A stretch of DNA of 51,605 bases from Octopus bimaculoides (GCF_001194135.2 NC_068989.1:34100551-34152155); one strand, 5' to 3'. Numbered from the stretch's first letter, positions 36,891 through 49,590 are shown. The notes: a model not told the origin generated them from the sequence alone. Made by a program: numbers and translations.

Positions 36891-37924
36891 GGTGTGAACT
36901 ACGCTTTTTCAGCCACCGCTACGTAAATAAAATAACGGGCAAAAGAGAGAGAGAAAGACAAACTTGGTGGGATCTGAAGGATATAACAGGTTCTTTTATT
37001 TATTTGTTCTTAATCATAGGCCGGTATAGAAGATATACCGACAGTCTTGCCAATGGTTCATTCGAAGGACGAGAGGATGTGTTGTTTCATCAAACTATGG
37101 GAGACAATAATGCAAAGTTATTTCTTAACTATATCATACTTCCTGTGTAAGGATGGTACTGGATCCCATCTGTCTTTATATCTATCTTCCTTATTCATTG
37201 TATCATGTAACAAAAGAAGCATGAGACCTCAATAAAATACATTTTAATGTATTAACAGGGATTGGGATTATCAGTTCAAATGCTTAAGGCAATTGATAAT
37301 ATTATTATTTAACTGATACGAAACAACTGATTTGTTAAAAGAAGTTATTGAGACTTCTGTATGTAAAGGTCTACACATGAGCATCTTGTTAAACTGTTAT
37401 TGACACGACTCGACAAAGACTACACCCAAAGAGGTTTGAAGGTATGGATTCTTCAGTATGTGTCTATTATTGCATATCGTTTTAATTCTCTTGTTGTTTA
37501 CATAACACCGGTTATGCTGATCTTTTAAAAGATGCAAAACAAGTATCTAACAAAAATTGGAATGTACTTCCATGTCTATAAGCGTCGAATTTGATATTTT
37601 TTCGGTCTCCTTGATATTTCTTGCTTAAATAACACCAGCGACATACAATTAGTAAACTCAAAAATAATATATCTGACAATAAAGCGTCTAGTTGACTCTT
37701 TGGCATGAAATAACTATAAAACTTAAAATTAAGAGCGGAATTGTGGTTTAAGCATCCCATATAACCTTTCTGTTTTTTTGAATTTTCAGAAATTGTTTTC
37801 AAATTTGCGTTCTACTCAAGAGAATTCATACAATTAAACGAAATAGTTAATTCATTCATTCTCGCACATGTTAATTGAGTATTGTCAGGGGAAGTAACAC
37901 CAACTTGGTTTAATTTTCAATTAA

Positions 37925-38243
37925 CCCATAAAGCGCTGGGATTTGCACTTACATAGCATAGACTGCTGAGCACATTTTATGAAAATGAGACTACCATGCA
38001 CACATAAAAAAACAAAAAATAGTTTAAATATCTTCGTAATATATAATGGTGGCAAGTTTTACATCATCTGAAAAGTCATTAGTTGAACTATTAGTCCTCT
38101 TGCATTCTGGGGTGTATCGGAGCGTTTGAGTGACATTAGACCCCAACAAACGCCCATAAATTAAATGCATCTATCTGGGCCACGATCGTAGCCTGTCGAC
38201 CTGTGCCTGACGGTCACGATCGTGGCTCGTCGCGCTTTGTGTG
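37925..38243 (-). mobile_element. piggyBac-like MITE (319 bp), same family, inverted
   Basis: TTAA at 37921-37924 and 38244-38247; reverse complement aligns to 36508-36724 plus ~100 extra bp. Confidence 0.85.
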
Positions 38244-38272
38244 TTAAAAACGAAAAATATAGTTTTCAATTA

Positions 38273-41044
38273 CTATTAGTGTTACTCGAGGCAATTGCAG
38301 TTTCCGCTGCAAGTAATCAGTGCTTCTGGGTAAACAACATTCTTTGTTTCCTGGTTAGGAGCATAGACAAATAAGTCTTGCAAACTACCAACCTTGGAGC
38401 AACCAACATAAAGTTGACCATAAGAAAAGCAAGCCTGTAGATTTCAAAGTCTGACCTTGAGCTTTATTAATAGACATTGCAAAGCAAAGCCGCACTGGGA
38501 ATTATGTTCATTTGAACTCAAATGGCATGTCTGTTGGTTTGATTGGAATTCTTGGAATGAAAATCTCTTCCCCAAAGGCTCATCCAGTGATGATGGTAGC
38601 TTCTATCACATTAGGTGATAATGTCTTCACAATCAACCTTGTCCCATTGCATAATTTAGGAGGATCTAAATTTCTTAGAAGCATTATTAGGACTCCTACC
38701 TTCAGAAAAAGTTTATGTGGAGGAGTTCAGCTGGTTCAAGAGAATTAAGGAACTCTGTTGGGTAATGGACAGCTTGATTTTCATCAAGGACTGAATCAAC
38801 TGATTTGTACTTCTTAATGACTGTTGGAATCTTATTCATTAATTCATGGTTAATCCTTGCTACTGTCTCAATTTTTGGAGCAAGAAACGCCCTTTCACTC
38901 AACCATTTATGTGAATTATAATTATTACTTAAGTCTGGCAATACCCTGTTCTTCAATTCAGCTGGGGAATTTACCATAATAGCAATATGAGCCAAATTCA
39001 TATCACCATTCCCATCAAATGGTACTTTCCCATTTCCTAATTGGAGGAGTCAGGTTGAAAACTGTTCTGCACATTGGTCCCCGTGTATTAAAGCTTGCAT
39101 GTTAGCATTGAAGGAGAATTTCTGTACTTTATTCCTTAGGTGTGAAGAGTTAATGCATGCTTTTATTTCATCAGATTTTGTTCATCTTGGAATGACTGGT
39201 AATGTCTGTCTAAAGTCTCCTGATAAAACTAATGTAACTCCTCCCATGCATTTATTGTTGCCTCTTATGTCTTGTAAGGTCTTATCAAGTCTATGTGACA
39301 TGGTGCATTCAGCCCAAACGATCAGGTGGCATTGGCGCAACGCTTCTGTTGAACCTTTGCTTATGTTACAAATTGGACTGTCACTTGTGACCAGGTTTAA
39401 CAGTAATTTAAGAAGAAGAATGAGCTGTTTGTCCTCCTGGAAGAAGTGGGGCAGCAATACCAGATGATGCCACATCAACTGCAATTCTTTTTTGTTGCCT
39501 TACCTTGGAGAGAAGCAATGTTGTTACAAGTGTTTTACCTGTGCCACCAGGAGCATCAAGAAAGAAAATTCTACTGCTTTTTTCTCTGACTGATGAAATA
39601 ATTTTATCATATGCACAGCATTGTTCTGGAAGAAGTTTAGATTCATGTTCATTCACAAATGCAGCCAAGTCTGTGATTGTCATAATTCGTCTCTCTTGCT
39701 ATGTCTTTTGAAGTTCAATCACTAATTTTAACAGTTTGTTTTTGGCAGTCCAGAGCCAGACTCTAGCAGATTTTTGCCTCCCATGGCCAAAACTTGATCC
39801 TCAGTTTTAATCAGTGCTTGGTTAAAAATTGTTTAGAGAACTGATATCTGAGTTTGCCTGCATACTTTATGTCATCAGCCATGTCCTCATGATGTTTCAT
39901 CCAAAGCAGTAAGGGACTGCCAAGTTGACACATGTTCCAGTATAATTGCAAAAAAGTTATGGAATTTCCTTGGAGAATCTGATACTGATGTTTCGGTCAA
40001 TGCAAGGTCCCAATGCTAATCATTTTCTAAAAAGCCTTGTTGACAGCATTCTTCCCTATAAGTTTCACACACATGACCATTTACTCACCTCGAATCTTGG
40101 AATGATTTAGAATCACGTACTTCATGCAGAAGGAGCTGTATTGTTTCTCCAGGTGTAATACTTGGGTAATTGTGGTTAAGGGAGTTTTCTTGCATCTTCA
40201 TCTACTTGACACAACTTAAAAAAGGCAGGAAGGGTAGTTTCTTTTGGAGAAAATGCTTGTTGCAAGGCTGTTTGTTTTGTAAAGATAACCCTGTGGCCAT
40301 TCTCTAGATGGACACTCAAATGAATGATAGCTGGGTACCTCTCATGGATGAGAAAATTGAATATGCACCAAAATGCCTCATCGGTACTGATGTATCTTCC
40401 TCTGTCATACTGTGCAACTTTGTCATTTTTATGGATCTGCTAACTGCCATTCTGTATACGAGTGTATGTTGCAGCATCTAAACCTTTGTTTATATATTTG
40501 CAAGCATATTTAATAGAGTTAACAGAGTTGCAGAATTCAACATTGACTCCAGCTACCTGTACTCATCTTTGCTTCACTGTAGAATACTGATCATCTACCC
40601 TGTCTCCTCTTGTAGAGAGTGAGAACATTGTTTTCGGAAACATTTTCAAAAATTAAAATGGGTATTAAATGAAAAAATGAGTTACGTGAATATCTTCACA
40701 AGAGTGATGGAAATAAATGGCGATTGTGGAATACCCCACGCACACACACAGACATATACACACAGTATAAAACATCAGATGAAATGGACATGTGTGTGAG
40801 AGAGAGAAGGGGTGTGTTGTCATGTATACGTACATACATAAATATGCATACATCTTTTTTGTATGTATGTATGTGTGCATGTGTGAGAGAGAGAGAGACA
40901 GACAGACAGAGTGAGTACCACTTATACATCACTCTTTCTCTCTCTCTGTCTCACACACACGCACACATACATACGATAAAGATCACTCTCTCCCTCTTTC
41001 TCTCACAAACACACACACATGTATACAGATGTACATACAAAAAC

Positions 41045-41077
<33 letters not shown>

Positions 41078-41526
41078 GGGGGGGAAGAGAACATTGCAAA
41101 CAATAAAAGAAATAAACATGAAATGAAAAAAATCATATAAATAAAAGCTCATTTGTACCAAATATTTTAATTTGTGAACTTAGTAAGTATTTCTTTTAGT
41201 AATTTATCGTAGTTGTTTACAAATAGCGAATTAAAACTTGAAATGAAAAGATTAAAATAGAGAGTGAGAGGCTTTGCAAATAAAAACAAAATTTTGCTGT
41301 TGCTGTGTCAATACTGGAAGTTGACATTGAGAAACCTTTTTAAGGAAGTGAATCATATATATATAAAGCAATATTATCTATTTTTAATTTAAAAAAAAAA
41401 AAACTGAAGATCTTATTATGTATCTGAGGTTAAATTATTCATGCATCCCAAGTATGGAAGCAATTCGCACAGCTGTTTTCGTGTGAAAAGCAAATACACA
41501 TACACACAGGTCTGTTTTATATGAGA
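38273..41526 (-). mobile_element. Helitron with both termini, decayed Rep C-terminus and PIF1 helicase
   Basis: 5' A|TCTCATATAAAA at 41526. Rep NVEFCNSVNSIKYACKY..RYISTDEAFW..HLSVHLENG; helicase FLDAPGGTGKT, VASSGIA, GDFRQTLPVIP, YPTEFLNSL, PKGLCN-type LHNLGGSKFL antisense region. 3' hairpin TTGCAG-CGGAAA-CTGCAA and degenerate CTAATAG|T end. Confidence 0.85.
40720..41090. repeat. Compound CA/GA/GT microsatellite with inverted symmetry
   Basis: TATGTATGTGTGC..GTGTGAGAGAG..AGAGTGA (~40866-40914) faces TCACTCT..CTCTCT..CACACAC..GCACACATACATA (~40928-40972). Confidence 0.8.
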
Positions 41527-41977
41527 TATATATATTTTGCTTCAAATTTGTGTGAATGTATGTAGAATAATATATCAGTTGAATAAAATTAAAACATGGT
41601 CTGGTTTTCATATTTTTTATTATGGTATTTTAACATTAAAACAGATATTTTGTAATGCTCATAAAGTTAAATTCGTGCTTTCATACATAGAGTAATCATT
41701 AAATTTCAAATGTGTTTAACTGACAACTTTAGTACCTCTTAGAATGCTCCAACAAGCTGAATTTTTAGAATATGATTTTGACCGATCTGCATGCAGCTTA
41801 AACATCACAGTTTGCCAGGCATACTAATATTCTGTAATGTATGTGAAATGAGGAAAATGTTAGAAATAACGGCCAAATCTCTGGAAAATAATTGTTTCCA
41901 AAATTAAAATTTTTTAAACCCTACCCCCATATACACTCCTTTTTCAAGTCCCACAGAACCACCTAAGGCTGGAATGA

Positions 41978-42002
41978 GGCACACATCCTTTGAGAAACAC
42001 TG
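41978..42002 (-). mobile_element. Isolated hAT (Charlie-type) terminus
   Basis: Reverse complement reads CAGTGTTTCTCAAAGG; partner end not identified. Confidence 0.3.
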
Positions 42003-42379
42003 CAGACGATATTTAGAAGACCTCAGTGTACTTTGTCAACATGCTAGAAGTAACAGCAAAATTTCCCTTAAATCATTTGCCCCTTTTTCTTATTTAAAAG
42101 AAAATTCTTTGGATTCCTGTTTTCATCAATGGAGATTATGATTTTGGAAAGAAATGAAAAGTTAATAAGAAACAAACAACCACATTTCTAATTTACTCTT
42201 GTCCCACCAATATTTTGGACTTTCATGTTTTTTTTTTTATTATTATTATTAAATGTTCACAAATATGGAAATGAACAGCTCTGAAAAAATTTTATTTTCA
42301 TCTTTAATACTGCAACCATCAAGTATCAGAACTTCAGTTATCAATTATGTCACGTGGAAAGAGATGGGGATCATCGTGG

Positions 42380-42990
42380 TCAAGAGATGATGCCAAAAGG
42401 TGTCGGAAAGAAGCAAGGGCAAGGGGACAACAGGAAACAGCTGAGATGATAGCAGGATAAGAGAGTCATGCAACAAGAAGGAGGTGAAGAGAGACTGAGG
42501 AAGATAGGATGTGAGATAAAGAACAAATAGCAGAAGACTTGCAAAAACGTCTGAGATGAGGGCTGCATGACTCTTAAACTACAGTGTGAGGAAAGAAAGA
42601 AGGACAGAGGAGCAATGGAAAGAAATGGATCCACTTTTTCTGCTGATGTATCTGTGATAAATAAAATATGCTCTTACTATCATGCATTCTTGTTCTGTGA
42701 TGAAACTGCAAATTTCTGCTGCATGAAGGGAAAAGTTTGTATTGACAATTTACAATCTCTACCAAATGAACTTATCCGTTTATACAACAGTGATGACCAT
42801 CTTGCAAAAGAATTCAGGAAGAATATCAGACAATACAACTGCCTCTTCCAAATGACATCATTCAGTGGGAAAGAAGTTATTCCTAAAAGAAACATATGGA
42901 ATCCCTCCGTTGTCATTCATGGCCAGATCCATCACCATATTGGACAGCTACTCACAATTTTCTTTAGACATTAAATTGATTACTATTGTT
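42380..42990 (+). mobile_element. Helitron N-terminal fragment
   Basis: R/E-rich repeats, then CSYYHAFLFCDETANFCCMKGKV..EFRKNIRQYNCLFQMTSF..VIHGQIHHHIGQLL, typical of the region upstream of Helitron Rep. Confidence 0.8.
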
Positions 42991-43029
42991 TGGATAGTGC
43001 CAATTAAATAAGTCTAGAAGTTAGGTTAA

Positions 43030-43760
43030 ATATATATACATGTATAAGTACCATGAATTCCCATTCTACAAACTGGCAAACAATTCTCTGAATACTTTAC
43101 CAGGCAACACTGGGTAGTAAGTCTAGTACTGTTTAAAAGTTTGATGGTAGGTTACCATTAGAGATTAATTATGAACTTCCGTTCGTTGATTATAAATGTT
43201 CTTTAGTTATAGGTCTCCATTGATTTTAGTTGTAAGTGATGAATGACAGTTAGTTAAAGTGATGTTATTCCTTTGGTTCATTTTAATTATGTTTTCATGT
43301 TAGTATTTCCATTATGATTTTGGTGTTTTAATCAATCTTATATGGTTTTTGTAGGGGATAATATATTTTCTATAATTAAAATTTATATTTAATAGATATT
43401 GGTCTACACTGGTTTATTCCCATGTGTTGTTTTTTGAGATAACTGAAACCTGATAGTTGAAGTGATCTATTATTCTACTAGTTTATATTTGGATTGTTCT
43501 AACATTTTTGTGTTTTATTTATATGTTATAGATTGTTAGGTAGCAATGTCTTGGTTTACATTCTTTAATTGATCCATATATTTTCAGTTCTAGGTTGATT
43601 TTTCCTTAAGTTATTATTTTATGTTTTATGTATTGGCAAACTGTGTTTTGAACTATGTTCACTAACATTTAGTTTACTAATTTGATTTAATGTTTTATGG
43701 TTTCTAAGTTCCATAATTCTTTGGATGGCAATGTTCATTTTGATATTTTTTGTTTTCTGT
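43030..43760 (-). mobile_element. Possible highly decayed Penelope-like RT N-terminal region
   Basis: A/C-skewed minus strand with frameshifted KTTHGNKPV-RPIS (KxHKxxxPxRPIxS-like) and MLEQSKYKLVE; weak. Confidence 0.3.
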
Positions 43761-44040
43761 ATTCTTTTCTTTTTAATTTATGTGCTTTGTAGCTATAGGT
43801 ATGAAGCAATTTATGTTTAAGATTTGATATTTGTCACAATAAGCAGGTGTAGACATAATGGACATGTTGCTCAAATATTTTCCTCCTGCTTCTTGCCTAT
43901 TAATTCCTAGGCAGTGTTTAACTTTTTTTAACACAGTTGAGACCATATATATGCTTGCATGTATTATATGCATCTTTATATGTATAAATGCATATATATG
44001 TGTGTGTGTGTATTCTTTCTCCTACAGTTGTCTAATCATA

Positions 44041-44058
44041 TCTTTTCTTGCTTTACAG
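44041..44058 (+). promoter_or_regulatory. Probable splice acceptor of the second ZNF coding exon
   Basis: TCTTTTCTTGCTTTACAG|TT; exon would start at 44059, 341 nt before the ATG at 44400. Confidence 0.6.
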
Positions 44059-44399
44059 TTTTGCTGAGTTTTCCCTTACAAACTGTTGTGGAACATCTAT
44101 GCGCACCAGAGTGACTGCTACCAATCATTTATGGATTCACTATTTTGTATAACTCACATAGCATCCATTAACCATATCTGCTCATCTGAATGTGAAAACA
44201 GAATTTTTTTCAACTAAAACTATGTGTGTCATTTGGAGAGTATTTAGTTACTAACAAGCACTCTAGTGGTAAGTAGAAAATAAAACTACACTGCACATTT
44301 TGAACATTTATAAACAGTGTCTCATGACATCCAAGAAATTCAACTGTAACAGATACTCACAGACACTTCTCAGATTTTAAGAATTTGTTAGGAATTAAT

Positions 44400-45716
44400 A
44401 TGGAGGATATTGATCGCATAGACACTTCTAACACAACTGTTTTTACAAATGTAGATTCAGTTACACAGACTTACAGTGGTGGGAAACGTTTATGTGGCAA
44501 AACATTTTCTAAACAAAGAAATATTTCTGAATACCGTTGTCAGATTTGTAGGAAAATGTTCTCTTCAGAAAATGAAGTCATCACACACAGAGAAATACAT
44601 AATAAAGAAAAACGTTATTATTGTGAAGTATGTGGGAAAAATTTTGTCTCTAACAAAAAATTAACAATACACAAAAGAATACATACTGGAGAGAAACCTT
44701 ATCACTGTAAAATATGTGGAAAATCATTCTCTGTTAATTCAAATCTTATAGTTCACAAAAGGATACACACTGGGAAAAAACCCTATCATTGTGAAATCTG
44801 TGGGAAATCCTTCATTCAGAATTCTCATCTTGTAGTTCACAAATCAATACATACTGGAGAAAAACCTTATTACTGTGAAATTTGTGGCAAGTCTTTTGCC
44901 TCTAACAGTAATGTAAGAAAACACATAAGATTGCACACTGGAGAAAAATCGTTTCAGTGTGAAATTTGTGGGAAATCATTCATTGAGAATTATCCTCTGG
45001 TTCTCCATAAACGTAGTCACACTGGAGAAAAACCCTTCCACTGTGAAATATGTGGCAAATCTTTCATTGAGAATTATCATCTTCTTATCCATAAACGTAA
45101 TCACACAGGGGAAAACCCCTTCTACTGTGAAATATGTGGCAAATCTTTTGCTCATAATTCAGGTCTTGTTATTCACAAACGTAGTCACACTGGAGAAAAA
45201 CCCTTCCATTGTGAAATTTGTGGGAAATCATTCTCTGTTAATTCTAGTCTTGTAGTTCACAAACGCAGACACACTGGAGAAAAACCTTATTGCTGTGAAG
45301 TATGTTCAAAATCTTTTATCACTCACACTCTATTAAAAACACACCAACAAATACACACTGGGGAAAACATGTTTCATTGTGAAATATGTGGGAAAACTTT
45401 TCTCCACAATGCTAATTTCATAAGACACAAAATAATACACACTGGAGAAAAACCTTATCATTGTGAGACATGTGGGAAATCTTTTATCCAGAATAGTGAC
45501 TTAACCAAACACAAAAGAACACATACTGGAGAAAAACCCTTCCACTGTGAAATATGTTTGAAATCATTTGCTGTTAAATCTAATCTTGTAGTTCACAAAG
45601 CAATACACTCTGGAGAAAAACTCTTCCACTGTGAAATATGTGCAAAATCATTCTCTGATAATTCTACTCTCAAAAGACACAAAAACATACACACCAGAAA
45701 GAAGCCTTTTGAATGA
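44400..45716 (+). CDS. C2H2 zinc-finger protein, 438 aa, 14 intact fingers (CEIC subfamily)
   Basis: Open frame from ATG 44400 (the track starts at TTG 44385). The 44-aa leader contains a broken finger (LCGKTFS); 14 fingers follow. Confidence 0.93.
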   Translation: MEDIDRIDTSNTTVFTNVDSVTQTYSGGKRLCGKTFSKQRNISEYRCQICRKMFSSENEVITHREIHNKEKRYYCEVCGKNFVSNKKLTIHKRIHTGEKPYHCKICGKSFSVNSNLIVHKRIHTGKKPYHCEICGKSFIQNSHLVVHKSIHTGEKPYYCEICGKSFASNSNVRKHIRLHTGEKSFQCEICGKSFIENYPLVLHKRSHTGEKPFHCEICGKSFIENYHLLIHKRNHTGENPFYCEICGKSFAHNSGLVIHKRSHTGEKPFHCEICGKSFSVNSSLVVHKRRHTGEKPYCCEVCSKSFITHTLLKTHQQIHTGENMFHCEICGKTFLHNANFIRHKIIHTGEKPYHCETCGKSFIQNSDLTKHKRTHTGEKPFHCEICLKSFAVKSNLVVHKAIHSGEKLFHCEICAKSFSDNSTLKRHKNIHTRKKPFE

Positions 45717-46079
45717 AACATGAAAAATCTTTCTCTTCTATAAATAAGTGCACCTTGAAGAATATATTGGAAATCATTCTCCATAAATTCTCACCTTTTA
45801 TATCTATGAAAATGCTCTTCATTGAGATAAACCCTATCATGTAAATATTTGGAAAATCTTTTTTCGTGAATTACACACTTGTTGAGAAATGAGTACTCAG
45901 GAAAAAAGATCTAGCAAAGTTTGTTGAAAATCATTCCAAAGTCAGTCTACACTTGTAATCTACAGTTGAATACTGGCTAGAGAAAAATTATCATTGTCAT
46001 TCATCATCATTTTATATTCACTTTCAATGAGTTGGACAGGGCATCACAGTATGAATCAGTTCTTATCTGGAATTACTGC

Positions 46080-46920
46080 AACAAGCAGGGGTTGAAACAT
46101 GTTAATGTAGAAAGTTGAAAATAGAATGTACTGGGTGCATTTTGTCAACCCCGCCCCCAGCATTAGTGGGGTTACTTACCTTGTGTGCCATAAGAACAGA
46201 GTTTTCACTACCCTATGATGTATTCATTCACTCAAACTAATGTGTCCATAATTACATCACCAGAGTAATGCAGCAAATAAAAGTGAGGGATGAATGATGG
46301 GAAGAGAAAGGCTAATCATATGGTTTAGCAGATACTACCTTCCTTTGTTGCACTGATAAAATAATGCAAATAGAAAGAAAATGGAAAGATGGTGAATGTT
46401 GTGAAAATGAGTAAGAGTGATGAGTGATGAGCACTAGAAAGTTTGTTATGTCTTGTTTCTACTCATTCCCCAACTACTTAACAGAGTGCATTGGATGCTT
46501 TTTACTTATTTATTTTTTGCTCTGTACACTTTACAGAGTGTACTAGGTGAATGTAATTGTGGCCCCAAACTAGAGAGGTTTCTTTTTGCCTCATAAGACT
46601 AAAGAGTTATCACTACTTTTTTCTGTATTCATTCACTCAATATTGATAGAGTGATACCAGAAGAAACCCAGAATGAATGAATGGGTCAATGGAACATATG
46701 TATAAGAGTAGAAACAGAGTAATTGGCATGAGCATAGGAGAGGTAGAGTGCAAGAATATTCACTGTTGGTATAGAAAGGGTGATAGCTAAGCATATTTAG
46801 AGCATGATGGTTGGTGGGGATTGAATAAAAGTAGATTCAGTGCCATTCCTCAGTGTGGTTTGTAGAGAGAGATGTACAGGTCTAATGACTTTCCTAACAT
46901 CCTTAGCAGTGGCAGCTTGT
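46080..46920 (-). mobile_element. Scattered CR1/L2-like and RTE-tail fragments
   Basis: 46084-46125 nearly identical to 34147-34190 (GCAGGGGTTGAAACATGTT.ATGTAGAAAGTTGAAAATAG); further endonuclease-like pieces at 46640-46920. Confidence 0.45.
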
Positions 46921-47099
46921 ATATAGGAACTGCAGCACCCCCTATTTTCACTCGATATTATCGATAACATTCAATATAACAAGTCCTTTTTTCTTTAATT
47001 CTTTCTTTATACTTGTACATTATATAATCCTTAAGCTTAATGTCAGTAGCCATCCCCTAGTTTATGAAAAAAATACAAAAATCCTTATATAGAACTCTG

Positions 47100-47222
47100 C
47101 ACTTCACAGTTCCGGCGATGCAGTGTTTGGCTGTTGTGTGCATGCTCACATGTCTGAGATAGGAAGCTTCACGCTAGGGAGAGACAGCACTATCATTCAC
47201 TCAGTGCTGGTGAAAGGTAATG
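47100..47222 (+). promoter_or_regulatory. Candidate non-coding first exon ending in a splice donor
   Basis: Non-repetitive, CpG-containing stretch ending GTGAAAG|GTAATG (GT at 47217-47218); AT-rich TATATAG context just upstream. Confidence 0.4.
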
Positions 47223-48479
47223 TTTCTTTTTGACTCTGCATATGTTGTGCTTAAAAACGTGTTTATATTCTTGAATGTGATGAAGTGTAGAATTAGATTA
47301 TTATCCTGCTTCCAGCTTCAGTGTTGCTGCCAGGATTTGAAAAATAGGGCAGATTTTCCTCCCTTATTTTGTGAATTAGGGGGGATTTTTGAAAAACAAG
47401 GGGGAATTCATGGCAGTGTTCAGTGAACAAATTAAACACACTGCCTGGCAGTGGCTAAAACATGAGCCAATCAAGTTTATGTATAAATATTCTTTTTATA
47501 TGTTTGTTTCCTATTACACAATATTAAAACAACGGCTAAAAATTTTCTGATGCAGCACCCTACTAATTTTATCTACAGGCCACCACTGAAGAGAGGATGA
47601 GTAATAATGATGTATGGTAACGATATGAGAAGGTATCACGACAGTGGTTGATGTAGAGACAACAGGGACGTTAAGCAAAGGACCTAAATATTTATATGTA
47701 TATATATGTAAATCCCAGCTACTTTCAACATTCATTTCACCATGTTTGAATGACTTGGTGAGTTCTCTCTAGCACTATATATATGTGAATGTGTGTGTGT
47801 GTATGTTAGTAATATTTGTGGCAGACAATGAATGAGAATTTTTTGTCCACAATATTAATATATCATTTCAGTGAAATAGCGTAGCCAAATCTGCCTCATG
47901 CAAAAAGTTGTAAATAGTAAGTTTCATTAGTTTCCTTTTTCTATTCTTAGTTGCTGTATATTGAAAAATATTCAAGTAGAAAATGATGATGATTATGAAT
48001 ATATTTACTTTACAAACTGCAGAATTGACTGCCTTACTAACTGCAGGTTTTTGTAAAATAGTTTACCAACCATAAAAATATGTAGTTTCAAGTGGCATAA
48101 GGAACTGCATTCAATAAACCAGAATGCTGTAGAATTAACTATTTTACTGTTGCTATTTTTATTACTTTTCTATTTCTTTTCCTGTTTTTATCCCTTTTTC
48201 CTTTCATCTCACAGTCTATGGTTGCATATGAAAGTGAAATATTCATAGCCGTTTATTTTTTCAATGAGATGTGAGAAAAAAATAAACTTCAATTAAAAAT
48301 AAAACACAAACTTAATTTTTCTTTATGTTGTATGTGTGAATTCAATGAATAAATTCATTGTTTTTTTTTTTATTCCGCTTCTTCAAATAAATTACTTGAA
48401 ACTAATGCTACTATTTTTCACTGAGTTCACATGATGTATTCATTTCTTTCTTTTCTGTTCAATAGGTGTCGTCTGAGTG

Positions 48480-49590
48480 ATATGAGGTTGCCCTCAATGA
48501 CTGTTTGAACCACTTTTATATATTATTCCAGTGTTATTGCTGCTGTGTGTCAGTAGTTGTTAGTATCTTTCTTGTCTTAACATTTATGCTGAAAACCTCT
48601 TTGAGTGCCCAGTTTAGTATCCCAAATGCTGGTGCTAGCACTAATACTACATGCCATATTGTCAGTTCTTTTTTTGCTTTATCAATTTTAAGGTGCTCCA
48701 AGGTTCAATTGTCTCTTAGTCTTCTGTATAGTAACAACTTACTTGCCACCATTTTCAATAAGACCTACATTTACATAGATGACACTATCCTTCATTACTC
48801 TCGAACATTCTCCAGCTATAAATTACCCATTTGCAACCTTGGTACCACATGCCAAGTACCCACTAACTCTATGAACAGAGGCTTTGAAAGTATTCTCCAA
48901 TGAAGATACGCCTATCTTGTCTTTTTCCAGTAGCAAAAAAGCACAAATGCCACTCATCAAGGAAATAATATTGCACCACACTCCACTTAAACATGAATCG
49001 CACTTATCAAGAGTCCTCAGAATCACTTCAATAGTTGTTAAGTTTCAGTATCTCTGAGGTTTTATCCTGGCAAAAAAGTACATCCTTAACATAGGATGGC
49101 ATCCAATAACTGAGCCTTCTCTTCAGGCAAGAAGATATTTCAACTTCTAGTAATTACTGATACCTGACAAAGCTCAGCTGAGGTTCACAATGGTGTATTG
49201 CTTTCACATTTGAAATGTTGCTACTGCTAACATATACAAGCATCCTCGACTGCATCCAGGAAGCCTCCCAGCATTCCCACTGACAATAGATACACTCCAG
49301 TCTATGGCCCACAGGCATGCTGTTTACTTTCTCAACTTTTTCTACTGTTACTATAATGTTTGCTCCTTGGAGCTGGATATGCTCAAGCCATCTCCTGTCA
49401 AGCACTCCTGTCTACTTGTCCATCTTCTTACCATCACCCTTATTGTGTCCAACCCTCAGGTCCTGCACTGATCAGTATGCCCAATCCTTCCTTTCCAGAA
49501 CATTGGCCCTCTGGAATTCTTTACCTGCTCATCAAGTGTCGGATTTCAAAGGTTCAAGAGTAGCATTAATGGTATTAATTCCACTGGTGT
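48480..49590 (+). mobile_element. CR1/L2-like LINE RT 3' half, decayed
   Basis: YIDDTILHYS (YADD motif, ~48770), AYLVFF..KST, and C-terminal DQYAQSFLSRTLALWNSLP. Confidence 0.7.

Noticed and set aside
43000-43790. Call as a NUMT (cytb/tRNA-Ser-like look)
   Set aside because: No convincing alignment to mitochondrial proteins by manual translation; left as an unresolved finding.
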